This document shows positions 1-7,501 of a stretch of 24,000 bases of DNA, piece by piece. Position numbers and translations under genes: made by a program. The stretch's first letter is position 1. Each line of letters opens with the position of its first letter. The DNA comes from an uncultured bacterium. GTDB lineage: Bacteria > Verrucomicrobiota > Lentisphaeria > Victivallales > UBA1829. The notes beneath the pieces were generated by a model that was not told the DNA's origin, made no database searches, and was given only the letters and a program-made list of their open reading frames with translations. The stretch spans positions 35,558 through 59,557 of the forward strand of contig CASEYW010000072.1 in assembly GCA_949292215.1 (NCBI GenBank), read 5' to 3'.

Positions 1-20
1 CAGCACCTCCTGAAGAACGC

Positions 21-761
21 TCAAAGAGTGATTGGCTTCGCATCAGGAGACAACGATTTCCTGACACGGTTGTAGTAATTGACCATCTGTTCGGTCGTTT
101 CTCCATCGAATTCGAGATTGCCGAGGAGAGTATTCAGATCGTTCCGGCACCCTTTTGCCAGTCTCCGTCCGGAACGTGCACGCACTTCCGCAAGATCAAT
201 CCAGAAGACTTCCAGCCTGGAATCCTTGTTGATCGTCCAGAGCATGTTCTGCGGAAGCGCCGCCCCGTGGATGTATCCAGCATTGTGAAGCTGTGCCAGA
301 TATTGGATATTCTGTTTGCAATAGGCTTTTTTTGCAGGATCCTTTGAAAGAGGCCCGTCATGGCAGAAGTCGATTCCATTTCTAGAGTTTTTCACATATT
401 CGGTCACAATAAAGCAGCTTTTGAGCTTCGTCCACGACCGTTTCTCCCCTACGGCCAGCACCTGCGGAACCGGAATCCCCAGAGCCATCGCCGCACGGTA
501 TCCCATAAACTCCCGCGCCGTAAAGGAGTAACGGAAAAAGAAACGCCAGAAACGGGTGTTCACATAATCTTTCCAGACGATTTCCTCACCATCGAACTTG
601 CGGGGAAGCGTGCAGTGATATACCGTTTTATGACGTGTCCGCCAGATCACCTCCGAATTGGTCTCGTCAAGAGGATGCTTCCGCAGATAACGGAACGCCA
701 CCTTGAACGACGGAGCAACCCAGCGACGCGAAAAAACTCTGCTGAGAGAAATCGACTTCAT
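21..761 (-). CDS. Lipopolysaccharide kinase (Kdo/WaaP/InaA) family protein with the catalytic-loop Asp replaced (possible pseudokinase)
   Basis: The track ORF 21..794 begins at TTG. The ATG at 761 is preceded by GGGGAGGTGA plus 5 nt, so it is the preferred start. By eye, YIHGAALPQNMLW and FWIDLAEV resemble the HxDLNxxNIL catalytic loop and DFD metal loop of KdkA/WaaP-type kinases. It lies 48 nt downstream of arnD on the same strand. Confidence 0.65.
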   Translation of the reverse strand: MKSISLSRVFSRRWVAPSFKVAFRYLRKHPLDETNSEVIWRTRHKTVYHCTLPRKFDGEEIVWKDYVNTRFWRFFFRYSFTAREFMGYRAAMALGIPVPQVLAVGEKRSWTKLKSCFIVTEYVKNSRNGIDFCHDGPLSKDPAKKAYCKQNIQYLAQLHNAGYIHGAALPQNMLWTINKDSRLEVFWIDLAEVRARSGRRLAKGCRNDLNTLLGNLEFDGETTEQMVNYYNRVRKSLSPDAKPITL

Positions 762-809
762 GCACTTCACCTCCCCATTCAAACGGTTAAACAATGGTAA
801 TATACACGA

Positions 810-1694
810 TTAATCCTGAAGCGCAAGCACGCCTTCCCTGCCGGGGATTTCCCCCTGTTTCAGCCTTCCGTGCGGGAGTGTGGAACAATCCGCGGGGAGC
901 AGATCGCCCGGAGCGCAGAATTGGATGCCGCGTGCAGCGGCCTTCCGTAAAAACGCATCGAACATCGTCGCGCAGATCCGGCCTTCGACTTCGGCATGAA
1001 TCGTAAGAACATTCATCACGTCCGGACGGATCAGCTCCAGCAGACGGTCATTGTAGTTTTCGTTTGTGATCCCGTTGCGCCCATACACCTCGTCATAAGT
1101 GGGCAGGTTCAGCGGAATCTGCGGCTGGGTCAGCACTTTACCATCGACGACGGGCAGAAAGATCGAATGTCCCCGGCAGTCGCTGTTGTAACGGAACGGA
1201 AGCGCCTCCTTGCATTGCATGAGCCGCTCCGTACAGCGCCATCCGGGAGAGGCGGAACAGGTTGGTGTTTCTCCCGTAATCCGCAGGAGTTCGTCGAATG
1301 CGCGTTTCACATGTGCAAACCCCTGTTCCGGTGTCATACAGTCGGATTTTGCCTGCCAGAACCGATGGTCCCAGGCGTGAACGCCGATTTCATGTCCGGC
1401 TTTCGCCGCATCACGGATCACGCCTTCGCACCGTTTCCCGATCCGCGGACCCGGCCACGCGGTTCCCATAAAAAGAATATCCCATCCGTACAGACTTGCA
1501 GCCTTCGTCCGAAGCATCTTCCAGAGGAACGCGGGTTTGAACAGACGCCAGAGATTTCGTCCCATGTTGTCGGGCCCCACAGAAAAGAAGAAGGCGCCGC
1601 GGATTCCATGTGCGTCCAGAGTACGCAGCAAAGTCGGGACCCCGTCCCGGGTTCCGCTCAAGGTATCAACATCAATGCGGAGCCCGACCTTCAT
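810..1694 (-). CDS. arnD: 4-deoxy-4-formamido-L-arabinose-phosphoundecaprenol deformylase (polysaccharide deacetylase family)
   Basis: The N-terminus [11 protein letters not shown]...[41 protein letters not shown] and later [15 protein letters not shown] closely track E. coli ArnD. The ATGA start/stop overlap with arnA (1691..1694) indicates translational coupling. Confidence 0.9.
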   Translation of the reverse strand: MKVGLRIDVDTLSGTRDGVPTLLRTLDAHGIRGAFFFSVGPDNMGRNLWRLFKPAFLWKMLRTKAASLYGWDILFMGTAWPGPRIGKRCEGVIRDAAKAGHEIGVHAWDHRFWQAKSDCMTPEQGFAHVKRAFDELLRITGETPTCSASPGWRCTERLMQCKEALPFRYNSDCRGHSIFLPVVDGKVLTQPQIPLNLPTYDEVYGRNGITNENYNDRLLELIRPDVMNVLTIHAEVEGRICATMFDAFLRKAAARGIQFCAPGDLLPADCSTLPHGRLKQGEIPGREGVLALQD

Positions 1695-3694
1695 TTTGTA
1701 CCGAACTCTCCGGAATCCACCGCCTGCTGGAGGAAAAAGTCAAGCGTCTTTGCCACGGACTCCTCCAGCTTGACCTCCGGCTTCCATCCGCAATATTTCC
1801 ATGCGTTCCGAATACTGGGTTTGCGATGCTGGACGTCCTGATATCCCTCTCCGTAGAACTCTCCGGATTCAATGACCTTGTATCCGGCAAACGGCGGGAA
1901 TTTTTTCCGCAGAGGATGTTTCTCAAACTGGCGCACGAGAATCTCCGCAAGCTCTTTGATACTCGCCTCGTTTTCGGGACAGCCGATGTTGATGATCTTT
2001 CCATCACAGAGACCATCCTTGTTTTCAATGATGCGGAACAGACATTCGATTCCATCGGTGACATGGGTAAAGCAGCGCTTCTGTTCACCGCCGTCGATCA
2101 GCAGAATCGGGTTGCCCTGAACCAGGTTCAGGATCAGCTGCGTGATTGCGCGGGAACTGCCGATCCGGGCGGAAGTGAGACTGTCGAGCTTCGGACCCAT
2201 CCAGTTGAACGGACGGAACAGCGTAAACTTCAATCCTTTCTGCCCGTATGCCCAGATTACGCGGTCAAGCATCTGCTTGGAACAGGAATAGATCCAGCGC
2301 TGCATACGGATCGGACCGAGAATCAGCTTGGAATTGTCCTCATCAAATGACTCCTCGTTACACATCGCATACACTTCGGAGGTGGACGGGAAAATAATGC
2401 GCTTATTGTATTTCACGCAATAGCGCACAATCCGGAGATTTTCCTCAAAATCGAGTTCAAACACTTTCAACGGATTTCTTGTGTATTCGATCGGCGTGGC
2501 AATCGCGACAAGAGGAAGAACCACATCGCATTTTTTTACATAGTATTCGATCCATTCGCGATGAATGGTGATGTCGCCTTCCGTGAAATGGAAGTCCTTG
2601 TTGTTCAACAGATCGGCAATGTAGTTGGAGCGGAGGTCCATTCCGTAAATCTCATATTCCCCGCTGGCGAGCAGCCGTTCACTGATCGCACTGCCGATGA
2701 AACCGTTCACACCAAGGATCAGGATGCTCTTTTTGCGTTTCGGGCGAAGGCTCGAAAGATCGGAAACAAAGCGCATCTTCTCCACAATACGGTTCTCTCC
2801 CACGAGCTGTTCGCCGGAGGAATAGAGCCCGTTCACAGTCTGCGCGAAGTTGATCCGCACTGCGCCGGAACCGCATGCAACGGTCAGAGGAGCGACGGAA
2901 AGAATTGTTCCGGGCTTTGCGGATTTTCCCTTTGCCGGAGTTTTCACCTCGGATACATCCCAGATCAAATATTTTTTGTCTCCGAGATAACTGAACGCGC
3001 CGGGATACGGCATCGTCACACCGCGGACCAGATTGCGGACTTCGGCAGCGGACTTCGACCAGTCGATGGCACCGTCGGCGGGTTTCCGTTTGTGGAAAAA
3101 AGTCGCCTCTTTTTCGTTCTGTTTTTTTCCTTTGACGCGTCCTTTTGCCTTTGCCAGCTTCGGCAGTTCGGCATTCAGCAGTTCCGCGGCGGCTTTTGCG
3201 GCTTTAAGATGAACATCCTTTGCTGTATCATTTGGCCCGATGGAAATTTTTTTCTGGGCAACGATATCGCCGGCATCCACTTTTTCCGCCATCAGATGCA
3301 GCGTCACGCCCGTCTCTTTTTCGCCGTTGATGACCGCCCAGTTGATGGGAGCGCATCCGCGATATTTTGGAAGCAGGGAACCATGAAGATTCAAAGCACC
3401 CTTTGAGGGAATCGCCAGAATTTCCCTGCCGATGATCTCCCGGTAATAAAAAGAGAAGAGATAATCCGGTTTCATTTTTTTGATTCTGGCGACCCAGAGC
3501 GGATGATTCGGATTCTCGGGAGCGTAAACAGGAATACCCTTTTCCGCAGCAAGCTGTGCAACGGATCGGAACCAGAGATTCTCGTTCGGATCATCCTTAT
3601 GCGTAAAAACCGCGGTAATCTCGAAACCGTTTTTCAGCAATGCGTCGATGCCTTCGCATCCGATGTTGTTGTAGGCGAACACAACAGCTCTCAT
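1691..3694 (-). CDS. arnA: Bifunctional UDP-glucuronate oxidative decarboxylase / UDP-4-amino-4-deoxy-L-arabinose formyltransferase
   Basis: 667 aa. The N-terminal formyltransferase domain carries [19 protein letters not shown]. The C-terminal SDR domain carries the Rossmann motif [12 protein letters not shown]. Length and two-domain order match ArnA. Confidence 0.95.
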   Translation of the reverse strand: MRAVVFAYNNIGCEGIDALLKNGFEITAVFTHKDDPNENLWFRSVAQLAAEKGIPVYAPENPNHPLWVARIKKMKPDYLFSFYYREIIGREILAIPSKGALNLHGSLLPKYRGCAPINWAVINGEKETGVTLHLMAEKVDAGDIVAQKKISIGPNDTAKDVHLKAAKAAAELLNAELPKLAKAKGRVKGKKQNEKEATFFHKRKPADGAIDWSKSAAEVRNLVRGVTMPYPGAFSYLGDKKYLIWDVSEVKTPAKGKSAKPGTILSVAPLTVACGSGAVRINFAQTVNGLYSSGEQLVGENRIVEKMRFVSDLSSLRPKRKKSILILGVNGFIGSAISERLLASGEYEIYGMDLRSNYIADLLNNKDFHFTEGDITIHREWIEYYVKKCDVVLPLVAIATPIEYTRNPLKVFELDFEENLRIVRYCVKYNKRIIFPSTSEVYAMCNEESFDEDNSKLILGPIRMQRWIYSCSKQMLDRVIWAYGQKGLKFTLFRPFNWMGPKLDSLTSARIGSSRAITQLILNLVQGNPILLIDGGEQKRCFTHVTDGIECLFRIIENKDGLCDGKIINIGCPENEASIKELAEILVRQFEKHPLRKKFPPFAGYKVIESGEFYGEGYQDVQHRKPSIRNAWKYCGWKPEVKLEESVAKTLDFFLQQAVDSGEFGTK

Positions 3695-3735
3695 AGTACC
3701 CCATCCTTTCTTTTATCATCTGAACTATTTTGAAA

Positions 3736-4695
3736 TCAACCGTTTTTCCGTCCGACGACCGACTCTATGAAGAACTGCGGCCTTCCGCGCGAATTCATGT
3801 GAATTTTACCGATGTACTCACCGAGAATTCCCATTGCCACGAACTGTCCGCCCATGAAAATGAATACCAGCGAGAAAAGGGTGAACACACCGTGCTGACT
3901 CCACTCGTCCCCGTGAATTCGTGTCATGATGAAGATGAAAATACCGAACAGAATCCCGAGCACCGCAACGATCGTACCGATGTAGGTCAGCATCCGAAGC
4001 GGAAAAATCGAAGTACCGGTCAGCAGATCGTACTGGAGCGCAATCAGCTTCCAGAAATTGTATTTTGACTCTCCGGCGGAACGGTCTGCATGTTTGACAT
4101 AGAGTTCCGTAACACGGCGGGCATAGGACATTGCCAGCATCGGGATGAATTTGCCGTGTTCGGGACATTGAAGGATCGCATTGACCACCGTCCGACTGTA
4201 CCCGCGGAGCATGCAACCATAATCTGTCATCGTCTTTCCGTTGCAGAGACTGCGGACCATCCGGTTCACAAGTCTGGAAGCAAGACGGCGGAAAACAGTA
4301 TCCTTCCGGTTTTCCCGGATCGTTCCCACCACATCAAATCCTTCGCGAAGTTTGGCGACAAGACGCGGCACCTCCTCAGGCGGATTCTGCAAATCCGCAT
4401 CCAGCGTAATCACATAGCGCCCGATGGAGGTTTGGAGTCCGGCGGTCACGGCGGCATGCTGACCGAAATTCGTCGTCAGGAACACGCCCACGATCTTCCC
4501 GCCGTGCTCGGCTGCGGCTTTCCGGATCATCTCTGCGGAACCATCCGAACTGCCATCATCGACCAGAATGATTTCATACGAGCATTTCAGGGAATCGCAC
4601 GCGGCCAGGCATCTGCGAATCAATTCTTCCAGATTCGCTTCTTCGTTGAAAACGGGTATGACAAGAGAAACTTCGATTGTTTTCTGCTCTTCCAT
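3736..4695 (-). CDS. arnC: Undecaprenyl-phosphate 4-deoxy-4-formamido-L-arabinose transferase (GT2)
   Basis: VSLVIPVFNEE, ILVDDGSSDGS, TLDADLQNPPEE.PRLV, GCMLR.Y and two C-terminal TM segments followed by GEYIG.I track E. coli ArnC. GAGGA lies 9 nt upstream of the ATG. Confidence 0.9.
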   Translation of the reverse strand: MEEQKTIEVSLVIPVFNEEANLEELIRRCLAACDSLKCSYEIILVDDGSSDGSAEMIRKAAAEHGGKIVGVFLTTNFGQHAAVTAGLQTSIGRYVITLDADLQNPPEEVPRLVAKLREGFDVVGTIRENRKDTVFRRLASRLVNRMVRSLCNGKTMTDYGCMLRGYSRTVVNAILQCPEHGKFIPMLAMSYARRVTELYVKHADRSAGESKYNFWKLIALQYDLLTGTSIFPLRMLTYIGTIVAVLGILFGIFIFIMTRIHGDEWSQHGVFTLFSLVFIFMGGQFVAMGILGEYIGKIHMNSRGRPQFFIESVVGRKNG

Positions 4696-4731
4696 TCGGA
4701 ATCCTCATTCTTATTTCTGTGATAATTCCCT

Positions 4732-4760
4732 AATATAGCATAAATTCACACCTGTTTCAA
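4732..4760 (-). promoter_or_regulatory. Sigma70-type promoter for arnC: TTGAAA, 17-nt spacer ending in TGc (extended -10), TATATT
   Basis: Read on the minus strand: TTGAAA (4760..4755), a 17-nt spacer whose last three bases are TGC, then TATATT (4737..4732). It sits about 35 nt upstream of the arnC ATG. Confidence 0.6.
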
Positions 4761-4873
4761 CGTTGCGGACTCCGAAAGCCGAAAACTTTCCCTGAACGGA
4801 AAAAATCAATAAAAAATTCTTCCGGGAAATCCCACTCTTCCGTCGAAAATACAAAATTTCAATTTTTCTCCTC

Positions 4874-4902
4874 TTGACAAATCCAATCCGCCGGGATATA
4901 GT
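4874..4902 (+). promoter_or_regulatory. Sigma70-type promoter for marR-MATE: TTGACA-N17-TATAGT
   Basis: Perfect -35 TTGACA at 4874..4879, an exact 17-nt spacer, then TATAGT at 4897..4902. It sits about 60 nt upstream of the marR ATG. Confidence 0.7.
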
Positions 4903-4932
4903 TAGCTTCATCATTATGAGGAAGCCAACTAT
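4898..4932. promoter_or_regulatory. Imperfect palindrome, candidate MarR operator overlapping the -10 element
   Basis: ATAGTTAGCTTC (4898..4909), an 11-nt spacer, then GAAGCCAACTAT (4921..4932). The arms are reverse complements at 11 of 12 positions. The element covers the -10 hexamer and the predicted transcription start of marR. Confidence 0.55.
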
Positions 4933-4962
4933 TTAACAAACTGTATTCTTTGAGGATCTTCC

Positions 4963-5397
4963 ATGGAAATTCCATTCAACCTTCTGGTGTTGAAAGTGTT
5001 TCATGCACAGAAAAATAAAGTGCGCCCGCTGATGGCGGAAATCGGGCTTTCTCCCGGGCAGCCGAAAGTGCTGACGTTTCTGTCGATTCACGGGAACTGT
5101 CTGCAGAAAGAACTGGCGGCAGCATGCGACATCGAACCGACAACGATCTCCAAAATGCTCAACAGTCTGGAGGAAAACGGACTCATCTGCCGTTCCGCTC
5201 TGGAAGGAGATAAGCGTGCCGCCGTCATCGGACTGACAGACAAGGGACGCACTCTTGTCAGACAGGAGATTCTCCCCCGCTACAACAGTGTCAACACCCT
5301 CTCTCTGACGGACTTTTCACCGGACGAGACACAACGTTTTGAAGAGTATCTGCGGCGAATGTATGCCAACCTGACCGGAACCCCGCTGGATTTTTAG
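4963..5397 (+). CDS. MarR family transcriptional regulator
   Basis: 144 aa with a winged-helix layout typical of MarR (LSPGQPKVLTFL...Q.ELA....EP.T.S.ML..LE..GLI.R.....D.R.....LT.KG). GAGGA is the SD. The stop lies 9 nt before the MATE gene. Confidence 0.85.
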   Translation: MEIPFNLLVLKVFHAQKNKVRPLMAEIGLSPGQPKVLTFLSIHGNCLQKELAAACDIEPTTISKMLNSLEENGLICRSALEGDKRAAVIGLTDKGRTLVRQEILPRYNSVNTLSLTDFSPDETQRFEEYLRRMYANLTGTPLDF

Positions 5398-5406
5398 GAG
5401 GAACCA

Positions 5407-6819
5407 ATGAATCGATCCGAAGCTGAACAGAAACAATTCATCCGCATGACGGAAACCCCGATTCCGCGCCTGATCACCACCCTTGCGATTCCGACCATCT
5501 TCACGATGCTGATCGGTGCATTCTACAACATGGCGGATACTTTCTTCGTGGCACGTCTCGGCACCAGCGCAGCCGGTGCCGTTGGGATTGTCTTTGCAAT
5601 CATGGCAATCATTCAGGCGATCGGCTTCATGATTGGAATTGGAACAGGAAGTCATGTCTCGCGTTTTCTCGGCAGACAGGACCGCCAGGCTGCCGACAAG
5701 TTCGCATCGACCGGTTTCTTTCTCTCTCTGGGACTGGGCGCGCTCCTGACCACTTTCGGACTGCTTTTCACCGAACCGCTGATGATTCTGCTGGGTGCCA
5801 CCCCGACCATTCTGCCTTATGCACGGGATTACGCCGGTTACATTTTCATGGGCGCGGTGGTTATGTGCGGTTCCATTGTCATGAACAACATTCTGCGCTC
5901 GGAAGGAAAAGCGGTGCTCTCCACCATCGGACTTGGATTCGGCGGAGTTCTGAATGTGGCGCTGGACCCGATCTTTATTTTCCAGTTCAAGCTCGGTATT
6001 TCCGGAGCAGCAATTGCGACGCTGATCAGTCAATGTATCAGTTTCGGCATTCTTCTTTTCTGCTTCTGCGCCGGGAAAAGCATCACCCGGCTCGCATGGG
6101 GAAATGTTTCGCGGAGATTCTCCGATTATGCGGATATTCTGAAACTCGGGTTCTCCTCCTTCTGCCGACAGGGACTCGCCAGCATCTCCACAGTGGCTCT
6201 GAATGTTTCCGCAGCAGCATACGGAGATTCCGCCGTTGCAGCAATGTCGATCGTGGGTAGAATTTTCTTCTTCCTGCTGGCAATGCTGATCGGGTTCGGA
6301 CAGGGATTCCAGCCGGTTGTCGGGTACAATTATGGAGCAAAACGTTTTGAAAGAGTCAAGGAATCGTTCCGCTTCTGCGTCAAAACGGGAACCGTTTTCC
6401 TGACCTGCGCCGGAGTTCTCGGTTTTCTGTTTGCGCCGCACCTGATTACGCTGTTCAAGGTCAACGATCCGGCGGTAGTCACGATCGGCGCCATGGCATT
6501 CCGGGCCCAGTGCATCGCCCTGCCGCTCCAGGCAACAATTGTTCTTTCCAACATGCTGTTCCAGTCCATCGGCAAGGCGCTTCAGGCGACTCTGATTTCC
6601 GCCACACGCCAGGGAATCTATTTCATTCCACTGATCCTGATCCTGCCGCGCTATTTCGGTCTGACAGGCATTGAATTCACGCAAAGCATTTCCGACGTGT
6701 TTGCCTTCCTCAGCGCGCTTCCGTTTCTGTTTTTCTTCTTCCGCTCCCTGAACAGAAGCATGAGGGGATGTCCCGATTCCGAAGAAGAAACTGCGGCATG
6801 CAGGCAGGCGGCAGTATAA
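5407..6819 (+). CDS. MATE family multidrug/toxic-compound efflux transporter
   Basis: 470 aa and polytopic, consistent with about 12 TM segments. The N-terminus (LAIP.I..ML....YNM.DT.FV..LG..A.GAVG) and overall length are typical of MATE/NorM-DinF proteins. An AGGAGG SD lies 6 nt upstream. Confidence 0.9.
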   Translation: MNRSEAEQKQFIRMTETPIPRLITTLAIPTIFTMLIGAFYNMADTFFVARLGTSAAGAVGIVFAIMAIIQAIGFMIGIGTGSHVSRFLGRQDRQAADKFASTGFFLSLGLGALLTTFGLLFTEPLMILLGATPTILPYARDYAGYIFMGAVVMCGSIVMNNILRSEGKAVLSTIGLGFGGVLNVALDPIFIFQFKLGISGAAIATLISQCISFGILLFCFCAGKSITRLAWGNVSRRFSDYADILKLGFSSFCRQGLASISTVALNVSAAAYGDSAVAAMSIVGRIFFFLLAMLIGFGQGFQPVVGYNYGAKRFERVKESFRFCVKTGTVFLTCAGVLGFLFAPHLITLFKVNDPAVVTIGAMAFRAQCIALPLQATIVLSNMLFQSIGKALQATLISATRQGIYFIPLILILPRYFGLTGIEFTQSISDVFAFLSALPFLFFFFRSLNRSMRGCPDSEEETAACRQAAV

Positions 6820-6830
6820 TCTTTCCCGGT

Positions 6831-7484
6831 TCAGGAAAGAAGAATCTGAAGAGATTCCCACAGAGACTCCGCAGAGATTGTCTCGCCCCGGAAGCGGAGG
6901 AGACGGACCCAGTCGCTCTCCAGGGAAACGGTAATCAGGCGCGCACGATCCGCAAGTTCCAGAAAGAAAGAGGGATCCGACGGATGCAGAGCCGCTCCGC
7001 AGAGAAAATAGTCCAGGTCAATGTCCAGGATCAGCGGATCGGGAATCTCCGGTACCTGACGCATGAGAAATCCGCGTTCCAGCACCTGCTCCGCAGCCGA
7101 CCGGGCAGCGGCGGACCCATTCAGAATCTCCTGCGAAGAAGGCCAGACCGGATCACAACTCACCGTAATCCGAGGATCCGACGGATGCGTAAAAGCTTCA
7201 TGAGACAAAATCCGCGATGACATCAGCACTCCGGACTTGAGCGCCCAGTCGATGTGCTCATCATGATGGAGCAGCTCCAGATTCCGGCAGACGGACTCTT
7301 CAGAGGAAGCATCAAAATCCCCCTTTTTGACGGACCGTGTGAACGCAGCGAGCACATCCGTGTGGTGATCCAGCGTAATGGCATGAAAACGGAGTCCGGT
7401 TTCTCGAGCCAGAGCGCACCACGGCAGGAGCACATGATGATGCTGTTCCACCAGCACCGTCTTTCCGCTCCGCCGCAGGATCAT
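6831..7484 (-). CDS. UPF0489 (C5orf22-like) family protein, function unknown
   Basis: VLVEQHHHVLLPW, ITLDHHTDVL and LILDIDLDYF resemble, from memory, the VVEDH..VLP, HFDSHPDLL and VLDIDLDFF blocks of UPF0489 proteins. An AAGGAG SD lies 5 nt upstream. The gene starts 17 nt after the pfk stop. Confidence 0.6.
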   Translation of the reverse strand: MILRRSGKTVLVEQHHHVLLPWCALARETGLRFHAITLDHHTDVLAAFTRSVKKGDFDASSEESVCRNLELLHHDEHIDWALKSGVLMSSRILSHEAFTHPSDPRITVSCDPVWPSSQEILNGSAAARSAAEQVLERGFLMRQVPEIPDPLILDIDLDYFLCGAALHPSDPSFFLELADRARLITVSLESDWVRLLRFRGETISAESLWESLQILLS

Positions 7485-7501
7485 GAATTCTCCTTCGCAG
7501 G

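Noticed and set aside
4711-4914. 67-aa minus-strand ORF in the arnC/marR intergenic region
   Set aside because: It spans both divergent promoters and the A/T-rich spacer, has no SD, and gives a Lys/Arg/Phe/Ile-rich product typical of AT-rich non-coding DNA.
21-6819. arn plus marR-MATE as a horizontally acquired resistance island
   Set aside because: There is no integrase, transposase, tRNA target, flanking direct repeats or obvious compositional break. The promoters have the same architecture as the housekeeping purB promoter. The island hypothesis cannot be supported from this window.
5317-6861. 514-aa minus-strand ORF
   Set aside because: It is antisense to the MATE transporter. Its composition is rich in Cys, Arg, Gln and Glu with no structure. 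The plus-strand gene has an AGGAGG SD and a TM-segment periodicity.
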